Assembly: GCA_041489255.1 (NCBI GenBank)
Contig: JBGPQV010000002.1
Span: 191,442-255,441, forward strand
Direction of reading: 5' to 3'
From: Thermoplasmata archaeon
Lineage (GTDB): Archaea > Thermoplasmatota > Thermoplasmata > RBG-16-68-12 > JAFNFQ01
Length of the DNA stretch: 64,000 bases
Part shown: piece after piece, positions 57,510 through 64,000 of the stretch
How positions within the stretch are numbered: position 1 is the first letter of the stretch
How the letters are laid out: every line of letters starts with the position of its first letter
The notes under the pieces: model-generated
Told to the model about the DNA's origin: nothing
The model's input: only the letters and a program-made list of their open reading frames with translations
The model's database searches: none
Program-made: the position numbers and the translations under genes

Positions 57510-59150
57510 TCACTCCAGCATCGGCATCTTCACGTGCTTGGCCTTCGCGAACTTGACCGCCTCTGGGTATCCCGCGTCCGCATGCCGCACTACGCCCATG
57601 CCGGGATCGGTCGTGAGCACCCGCTCGATCCTCCCGTCCGTCTCCTCCGTGCCGTCGCAGACGATGAGCGCGCCCGCATGCGTGGAGTAGCCGATTCCCA
57701 CGCCACCACCATTGTGCACCGCGATCAGGTCGGCTCCCGCCGCCGTGTTCAGAAGCGCGTTGAGGATTGGCCAGTCGGCAATCGCGTCGGAGCCGTCCCT
57801 CATCCCCTCCGTCTCCCTATTCGGGGATGCGACCGAGCCGCAGTCGAGGTGGTCTCGCGTGACAACGATGGGGCCGCTGAGCTTCTCCTCGCGGACCATC
57901 TTGTTGATTATGCCGCCAAATCGCGCACGTTCTCCATAACCGAGCCAGCACACCCTGGCGGGAAGCCCTTCCCAGGGCAGGAACTTCTCCGCGAGATGGA
58001 TCCACCGAGACAATTGCTTATTCTTCGGGAACTCCTTCATGACGACTTTATCGGTGGCGAGGATGTCATCCGCCTCCCCCGTCACCGCAACCCACCTGAA
58101 CGGTCCCCGCCCTTCGCAGAACATCGGACGGATGTACAGCGGAACGAAGCCCTTGAAAGCGAACGCATCCTTCACTCCTGCTTCGAGTGCTTGACCGCGG
58201 ATGTTGTTGCCGTACTCGAAAACGACCGAGCCTTTCCTCATGAAATCGAGCATCGCTCTCACATGCACCGCCATTGAGTCGTAGCTGCGCTTGATATATG
58301 AGCCGGGATCGTTCTTCCTAAGCTCTGCCGCCCCGTCGACCGTGACGCCTGCGGGGATGTATCCATTAAGTGCGTCATGCGCGGAAGTCTGATCAGTCAC
58401 GACATCTGGAATGATATCCCTCTTGACGAGCTCCGGATGGACCTCTGCGCAGTTGCCTAAGAGTCCGATGGAAACCGGGAACCTGTTCTTCTTCGCGTCC
58501 AGTGCCATATCGAGGGCTTCGTCCAGGTCGCGGACGAGGTGATCACAGTAGCCGTTATCCACGCGCCTCTTGATGCGTCTCTCGTCGACTTCGACCGCCA
58601 GGCAGACTCCCTCGTTCATCTTGACAGCGAGAGGTTGAGCCCCGCCCATGCCGCCGAGCCCGCCCGTCAGCACGAGCCTCCCTTTCAGAGTGCCCTTGAA
58701 GTTCTCTCGCGCACATGCAGCGAAGGTCTCGAAGGTGCCCTGGATGATGCCCTGCGTGCCGATGTATGACCAGCCGCCGGCGGTCATCTGGCCGTACATC
58801 GTGAGGCCGAGCTTCTCCAGCTCGTAGAACTTCTCCCATGTGGACCAGTGCGGCACGAGATTCGCGTTTGCGATCAGGACGCGTGGGGCGGTCGTCTGCG
58901 TCCTGAAGACTCCGACCGGTTTGCCTGACTGCACAAGCATCGTCTCGTCATCTTCGAGGTCGTGCAGCGTGTCCACGATCTTGTCGAAGCATGCCCAGTT
59001 CCTCGCAGCCTTCCCGGTCCCGCCATAGATGATCAGTTCGTCCGGCTTCTCGGCGTTCTCCAGGTTGTTCTGGAGCATGCGCAGGATCGCTTCCTGCCGC
59101 CATCCCCTGCAACTGAGCTTCGTGCCTCTCCTGGCCTTCACTCTCTTCAT
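57510..59150 (-). CDS. hutU: Urocanate hydratase
   Basis: [47 protein letters not shown]. Confidence 0.97.
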   Translation of the reverse strand: MKRVKARRGTKLSCRGWRQEAILRMLQNNLENAEKPDELIIYGGTGKAARNWACFDKIVDTLHDLEDDETMLVQSGKPVGVFRTQTTAPRVLIANANLVPHWSTWEKFYELEKLGLTMYGQMTAGGWSYIGTQGIIQGTFETFAACARENFKGTLKGRLVLTGGLGGMGGAQPLAVKMNEGVCLAVEVDERRIKRRVDNGYCDHLVRDLDEALDMALDAKKNRFPVSIGLLGNCAEVHPELVKRDIIPDVVTDQTSAHDALNGYIPAGVTVDGAAELRKNDPGSYIKRSYDSMAVHVRAMLDFMRKGSVVFEYGNNIRGQALEAGVKDAFAFKGFVPLYIRPMFCEGRGPFRWVAVTGEADDILATDKVVMKEFPKNKQLSRWIHLAEKFLPWEGLPARVCWLGYGERARFGGIINKMVREEKLSGPIVVTRDHLDCGSVASPNRETEGMRDGSDAIADWPILNALLNTAAGADLIAVHNGGGVGIGYSTHAGALIVCDGTEETDGRIERVLTTDPGMGVVRHADAGYPEAVKFAKAKHVKMPMLE

Positions 59151-59219
59151 CTTACCGCCAGGACAGCTATCGCGCGCCTGCTGAAAAATGCTGTGCCTCC
59201 GGCCCGAACCCGCAGGTGA

Positions 59220-59849
59220 CTAGAAGCGCGAATCCACGATGCGCGCGATCTTGTCATTGACCGCTGAGCCTTTCTTCAACAGCGATTCCGTCTTCGCCCG
59301 CGTCTTCTTGCAGAACGCCTCATCCTTGATCGAGAGCAGATTCACCTTCACGTTCAATCCCGCCGCCTCCAGGGCAGCGTGGGCAACGAGCGCGGCCGAA
59401 CCGGCGTCAGTAAAGGCTTCCTTGCTGCCTTTCTCGAGCACTTTCTTCGAGAGTTCGAGGACCGCCACGCACTTCTCCATCGTCTCGACCGGGACATCAG
59501 AGGCTTTCTTGAGGGCGAGCTGGATCGCCTCCCGCCGCCGCTCCTTCTGTGCAGGTGTCGCCTTGGACTTTTGTAGCGCCTTCATGACGCCCCAATATGC
59601 CCTCGTGTCCTCTTCGGCCAAATCGAGCAGGCGCCTCTGGAGCGCCTCGCCCTCAGCTGATATCCTGCGCAGCTCCTTGTGGACGCTCTTGTAGTCCTCC
59701 TTCCCGAGGGCGATGTTCGCCACCATCCTCGCGAGGGCTGCGCCGAGGGCACCGCAAACGGCAGCGACAGAACCACCGCCGGGCGCGGGGGCTGGCGAAG
59801 CGATAGCCTTCATGTAGTCCTGGAGCCTCTCCTGCTTGGTCACTCCCAC
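59220..59849 (-). CDS. Formiminotetrahydrofolate cyclodeaminase / cyclohydrolase family
   Basis: PAPGGGSVAA, LAEEDTRAY, NVKVNL. Confidence 0.9.
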   Translation of the reverse strand: MGVTKQERLQDYMKAIASPAPAPGGGSVAAVCGALGAALARMVANIALGKEDYKSVHKELRRISAEGEALQRRLLDLAEEDTRAYWGVMKALQKSKATPAQKERRREAIQLALKKASDVPVETMEKCVAVLELSKKVLEKGSKEAFTDAGSAALVAHAALEAAGLNVKVNLLSIKDEAFCKKTRAKTESLLKKGSAVNDKIARIVDSRF

Positions 59850-60736
59850 AGTTTCACCTCTAGCGTCTGGTCGAGCCTGAAGTTCTCCAATTTGAGGTAT
59901 TTATCCGCGCACTGCGCGAGCGCCTCGAGGGGCACGAGACCGACAATCTCGCTGCCGATTATCTTCACTCCGAGGCGGTCAGCCTCGGCCTTGATCGCGT
60001 CGAAGACCTTCCATACCGGCGTGACCTTGTAGTTCACCAGGTTCATCGACACCTGGACCAGCCCCCTGTCCTTGAGCTCGAAGCCGAGCGCCCTCACGGC
60101 GGGGAATCCGCCGTCCTTCTCCCTGATCTTCTTGGCGATGCCTTTCGCGATCTTCACATCCTTCGTGTCCAAGTCGACGTTGTACGCGATGAGCACGGGG
60201 CGCGCTCCGACGATGCTCGCGCCCGCAGAGGGATGCATCTTCGACGGGCCGTAGTCGGGCTTCCTGGCTGGGTCCTTCTCGATGTCGACCTTCAGCCCTT
60301 CGTACTCGCCCTTCCTCACGTCCGGCAGGTTCTTTCGCTCCGGCCTGGTCGCCGCTTCGCCGTAGAGGTATATCGGAACGTTGAGTTCCTCGGCGATTCT
60401 CCCGCCAACCTCCTTCGCGGCGGCGACGCATTCGTCCATCGTGGCGGAGATCGGGACGAACGGAAGGACGTCGAGGGCGCCGACGCGCGGGTGCTCGCCC
60501 TTGTGCTGCTCCATGTCGATGAGCTGCACCGCCTTCTTGGCCGCCTCGAACGCAGCGACCTTGACCGGTTCGATGTCGCCCACGAAGGTGACCACCGCCC
60601 TGTTGTGATTCGCGTCCATCTCCACGTCGAGCAGCTTGACGCCCCTCACCGCATTGATCGAGTCCGCGATCGCCTGCACGACCTCCTTGCGTCTGCCCTC
60701 GCTGAAATTGGGCACGCATTCGACGAGCTTCGCCAT
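59840..60736 (-). CDS. ftcD: Glutamate formimidoyltransferase
   Basis: ECVPNFSEGR, HNRAV, HPRVGALDV, VQVSMNL, SEIVGLVP. Confidence 0.95.
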   Translation of the reverse strand: MAKLVECVPNFSEGRRKEVVQAIADSINAVRGVKLLDVEMDANHNRAVVTFVGDIEPVKVAAFEAAKKAVQLIDMEQHKGEHPRVGALDVLPFVPISATMDECVAAAKEVGGRIAEELNVPIYLYGEAATRPERKNLPDVRKGEYEGLKVDIEKDPARKPDYGPSKMHPSAGASIVGARPVLIAYNVDLDTKDVKIAKGIAKKIREKDGGFPAVRALGFELKDRGLVQVSMNLVNYKVTPVWKVFDAIKAEADRLGVKIIGSEIVGLVPLEALAQCADKYLKLENFRLDQTLEVKLWE

Positions 60737-60792
60737 GAGATCACCTCGCTAGCAGAGGCAGTCAATGGGCTGTCGTTGAAATAGCTTTCCGG

Positions 60793-60994
60793 GGACGTCG
60801 AGACGATGGACTGTTCCTGAAGACGCGGAATGGAACGCGTGCGCCGTGGAAGGCACCCCTGGTGCCCTGCCGGGCATCTCCGCGCGCTCGATGTCCCGGC
60901 CGCCCTGGCGGTCTCTTTGGTCATGGGCTACCTCGTCCATCAGGTTCTCACAAGAACGACCATTGACTTGGAAGGCGGTAACGTCGATTATCAG
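60793..60994 (-). pseudogene. Degraded PIN/VapC-like remnant
   Basis: Across shifting frames: LIIDVTAF, TKETARAA, RGAFHG, IVST, in the order expected for VapC. Confidence 0.35.
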
Positions 60995-61003
60995 GAGAAT
61001 CCG

Positions 61004-61330
61004 CTACTCTCTTTCGCAGAGCGACCGGATTCGGTCGAGATCGATTAGAAGGAGATCCTCCGCCTCACGCTCGCATTGTTCGGTGAACCCGGACTTCGAG
61101 AACACCGCCAATCTCACTTCCTTCCACCGCCCCTCCACCAGCTCGCGCTTGGCCAGGAGGGCGCGGACCACATCGACGGACAACGGCCTGTTCGTCCACT
61201 TGCACTCCGCCAGGAGCAGGCGGCCGCTCGTCCGGTCCACCGCCGCGACGTCGTGGGCGCCCGGCGCGTCCATGTCTCTCTCGAGGGCCGCGAGCTCGGA
61301 GGGAAGGTTTCGGAAGGTGACGATCGACAT
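61004..61330 (-). pseudogene. C-terminal fragment of an archaeal ATPase/DUF234 protein (PD-(D/E)xK-like)
   Basis: DVAAVD..LLAECKW..FSKSGF; the ATPase domain is missing. Confidence 0.65.
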
Positions 61331-61626
61331 GCTGCTGAGTATTATACTTTGGAGTATCTTAAATGCCTAGTTCCGAATGACTCGGCACGCAGAGGAAGCG
61401 GGCGGATGTGCAACTCGACTGCAGGGGACGGCCTTCTTCATCGCGTGCAGTGGATCGATCCCAGGGACATCCCCGCCTCTTCCCCGTCCTAGAGCCGCGA
61501 GATGCTTTCGCGGGTCGGTTTGCCAGCCACGGACATCCTTTCGGGGGGTCGTCGCCGCGATACAGTGCTTCGGGAGATCCTGGGGCTCGCGGGGCCATCG
61601 ATGGGCTCAGGATGCTTCGTCCGTGT

Positions 61627-61773
61627 CTACTTCATCGGCTCCGGCACCGGCTTGACCTGCGCGTCCTCGCCGGTCTCGTCCCCCGGCATCCGGATCCTGC
61701 TCCTGAGCCGCTGGAAGTCACTCGCCGTCCTGCTGCCCTTCCCCTCCTGCACCCGAGTCATCACGTCGACTCC
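61627..61773 (-). pseudogene. Truncated paralog of the C-terminus of 62515..62907
   Basis: ASDFQRLRSRIR..VKPVPEPMK versus AKNFQRIRSKIR..VQPTPIPTAEPMK; identical ctacttcatcggctccg at both stops. Confidence 0.7.
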
Positions 61774-61962
61774 ACAGGAGCCTGCGCCGCGCGGGGCTGA
61801 GTCCGGACGAAGGACATTTATATGGTACGCGAAAATGCGAAACCCATAAGACCTCACAGGCGGCGGGGCAGTTGCTCCTTGAGGCGGTAGACCGTCGCTG
61901 CCTGCTTAAGACAATCTTTTTCTCCAAAGTCCGCGCATACCGCGGCAGTCGAAGCGAACTTC

Positions 61963-62435
61963 GGGCGATCCAAATCCGTCTTGGGACAGTCGGAATCCGT
62001 CTTCGGACAATCCGCCCCCAACTCCGCACGGTTCTCCCCCGCCGTCGCACGACTGTCCTCCGTCGGGGGACAACTGTCCCGGGTTCCGGTCAACCGCCCG
62101 CCAACTGCGGACGGTTGTCCCCCATCGCCGCGCAACTGTCCATCGTCAGCGGACAACTGTCCCCGGTCCCCGCACAGTCCGCCCCAGTCGGGGGACAACG
62201 GTCCAGACCTCCGGGCGACTGTCCCCCGCCGTCGGACAACTGCGCGGAAACGGATTCCGGTTGTCCGGAATCGGGTTCCGGAGGGCCGGGAAGGCGATCC
62301 AAGGGAGCGGACACGGAACCGGGTGACGCGGAATCAGATTCGAGTGTGCCGCAGACGGCTTCGAATCGCCCCGCATCGGATCCGGGTTGGGCGGGGCGGG
62401 AAGTGGATCACGCGCGACAGAATCTTGATTGTCCC
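61963..62435. repeat. Degenerate tandem array of about 22 units of 21 bp
   Basis: Unit starts at 61984, 62005, 62026, 62047, 62068, then 62088, 62109, 62130, 62151, 62172, 62193, then 62213, 62234 and onward; near-palindromic core GGACAACTGTCC. Confidence 0.75.
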
Positions 62436-62460
62436 GTGTCGAGTTCGAGAAAGGAAAGGT

Positions 62461-62480
62461 GGCCCCCGGACGCGGGGGCC
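62461..62480 (-). terminator. Hairpin plus pyrimidine tail after 62515..62907
   Basis: GGCCCCCG-4 nt-CGGGGGCC followed on the minus strand by ACCTTTCCTTTC. Confidence 0.55.
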
Positions 62481-62514
62481 TTGGGTCTGGGTTCGTCGGA
62501 AGGGGGTGTCGGCG

Positions 62515-62907
62515 CTACTTCATCGGCTCCGCCGTCGGAATCGGTGTCGGCTGCACGATCACGTCGATGCCCTTCTTCTCCCGCCTGATCTTGCTCCGGA
62601 TGCGCTGGAAGTTCTTCGCGGCGGGGCTGTCCTTCGACACGGCGCCCATCGCCATGTCGAGGGCGCTCGACCCGACCACGTAGGCCCTCCTCATCCTTTC
62701 CTCGACGAGGGTCGTCGACGTCTTCAGCTGTCGTTTGTGCGACTCCTGTATGTCGTTCGCTGCCCTCGCTTCCTCGAGCGCGTGCGCGATCTCGGCGCTC
62801 ATGAGGTCGACGTCCATGCCGCCCTTGATCAGGGCGAGCTTCTCTTCCTTCAATATGTCCAATATGCCCATCAGAAATCCGAGGATTTCCGTCCATGTCA
62901 TGGTCAT
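62515..62907 (-). CDS. Small all-helical hypothetical protein
   Basis: Purine-rich RBS then MTMTWTE; amphipathic helices and a Pro-rich tail; paralog fragment nearby. Confidence 0.75.
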   Translation of the reverse strand: MTMTWTEILGFLMGILDILKEEKLALIKGGMDVDLMSAEIAHALEEARAANDIQESHKRQLKTSTTLVEERMRRAYVVGSSALDMAMGAVSKDSPAAKNFQRIRSKIRREKKGIDVIVQPTPIPTAEPMK

Positions 62908-62980
62908 TTTTGTTTTCTCTCCTCCCCCTCCTCCGGAGGGGACTGATGAACATTGGCGTGGTGGGTCATGCATCTGGCGA

Positions 62981-63024
62981 GAACTTGTGCGGCACATGTG
63001 CGGAACTTGTGCGGAACTTGTTCC
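62981..63024. repeat. 4x 11-bp direct repeat (GAACTTGTGCG)
   Basis: gaacttgtgcg gcacatgtgcg gaacttgtgcg gaacttgttcc. Confidence 0.75.
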
Positions 63025-63108
63025 AGATAGATTGAATTAGGGGGTGGTCACGCAATCCAAAGGCAATCCATATAGAACAGCCCGAGCGGCGATCTCCGCC
63101 ACTCCTAG

Positions 63109-63537
63109 TCATTGGTAGCTGGTGAGCGGGCGGACTCCGTTCACGGTCGGACCGCTTCGGGAAATCTCCCCGCCGAACCGCGCCTGCCCGATGCCGCCCT
63201 CGAAGGCATTCTCGGGCTTGACCGCGACGAAATCCGCGCAGATGCTCTTCAGACGCAGCGCCTCCTTCAGCCCCGTATTCGTGAGGAAGTAGGCCCGCAT
63301 CCTGTAATCAAAGCCGGGGACGCGGGCGAGGGGCATGAAGTCGACCAGCCCCGCCTCTCGCAGCTTCCTCAGCCCCTTCGTGACGTAGGGCCTGCTTATC
63401 CCGGTGCACTCGGACATGCCGTCCTGGGTCATCTCGCGGGGGTGCACGTCATCCTTGTGCAGCCGGGGGTACTTGATCAGGTGCATGAGCAGCTTCTCTT
63501 CAGCAAGGAGGGGGATTTTTTCGCCGTCCACGAACAT
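63109..63537 (-). CDS. wHTH DNA-binding protein
   Basis: MTQDGMSECTGISRPYVTKGLRKLREAGLV..AYFLTNTG. Confidence 0.8.
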   Translation of the reverse strand: MFVDGEKIPLLAEEKLLMHLIKYPRLHKDDVHPREMTQDGMSECTGISRPYVTKGLRKLREAGLVDFMPLARVPGFDYRMRAYFLTNTGLKEALRLKSICADFVAVKPENAFEGGIGQARFGGEISRSGPTVNGVRPLTSYQ

Positions 63538-63859
63538 AAGACATTGTCTTGATGCCTATAAGAATCAATCGGCTGAGCCTTCGAATCCCCGCCTCGCTTT
63601 TCCTGTCGTATATCACCGTTTCGGTTCAATTATCATTCAGCGATTTGATAATGAAATCTGTTTGCCGATACAGCCCTCGCGGTGAAGTCCGACCGCGCGG
63701 CGGTGCAGGGGATACTGCCCGTCTCCAACTCCTTGGACATCAAGGTGACCGGGCGGTGGACGGATGGCGGGAGCTTCGAGGTGCACGACACGATACGGGT
63801 AATCGATCCATGAGGATGATGAGCGGCTCACCGCCAGTACACCCGTTGCTTCATGCCGG

Positions 63860-64000
63860 CTAGTGTAGTGTATCGTAAGTCCGTCGGTACTTCTCGACCT
63901 TTCGCAGAATCTCGTCCACCGTGGCCGTCCACTTGAACGGTTTCGGGTCGGCGTTGTGCTCGTCGAGCCAGCCTTGGATGGCGGTCTCCAGTTCGGGGAC
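63860..64000 (-). mobile_element. IS630-family transposase C-terminus and element end (truncated by the window)
   Basis: ELETAIQGWLDEHNADPKPFKWTATVDEILRKV..TLH*; the stop coincides with the terminal ...ACACTAG and a TA target. Confidence 0.85.

Noticed and set aside
397-60784. Many long antisense or alternate-frame ORFs (e.g. 397..1773, 53008..54264, 57408..58277)
   Set aside because: These are shadows of well-supported genes in GC-rich DNA.
61963-62435. CRISPR array
   Set aside because: There is no invariant repeat alternating with unique spacers, the period of 21 bp is too short, and there are no cas genes.

Overview
GC-rich (about 60% by eye) archaeal chromosomal segment, most consistent with a non-methanogenic Thermoplasmatota-type archaeon. 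Supporting signs are the archaeal-type PheT and HisS, intron-bearing tRNAs without encoded CCA, TATA-like boxes, split transketolase plus transaldolase, heme O synthase and MenA; the taxon is an inference. The left end (1-16.2 kb) is accessory: a vWA/CARDB surface protein, a 2961-aa secreted multidomain protein with a compositionally distinct hydrophobic C-terminus followed by a small 2-TM ORF (polymorphic toxin/immunity-like), and a C39-like peptidase plus wHTH operon bracketed by two diverged paralogous small ORFs. The middle (16-60.7 kb) is mostly core: 4 tRNAs (Ser-TGA with a non-canonical T-loop intron, Leu-GAG, Ile-GAT with a canonical intron, Asp-GTC), pheT, coiled-coil proteins, a probable corrinoid uptake operon, glmU-glmS, a Rab-like GTPase, cyoE, hisS, a PNPOx-MenA fusion, tal/tkt and hut genes. 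The right end (60.7-64 kb) is decaying accessory DNA: PIN and DUF234 remnants, a module made of a wHTH gene, 4x11-bp repeats, a helical protein, an array of about 22x21 bp and a truncated paralog, and the end of an IS630 element. No database searches were run; family names come from motif recognition.
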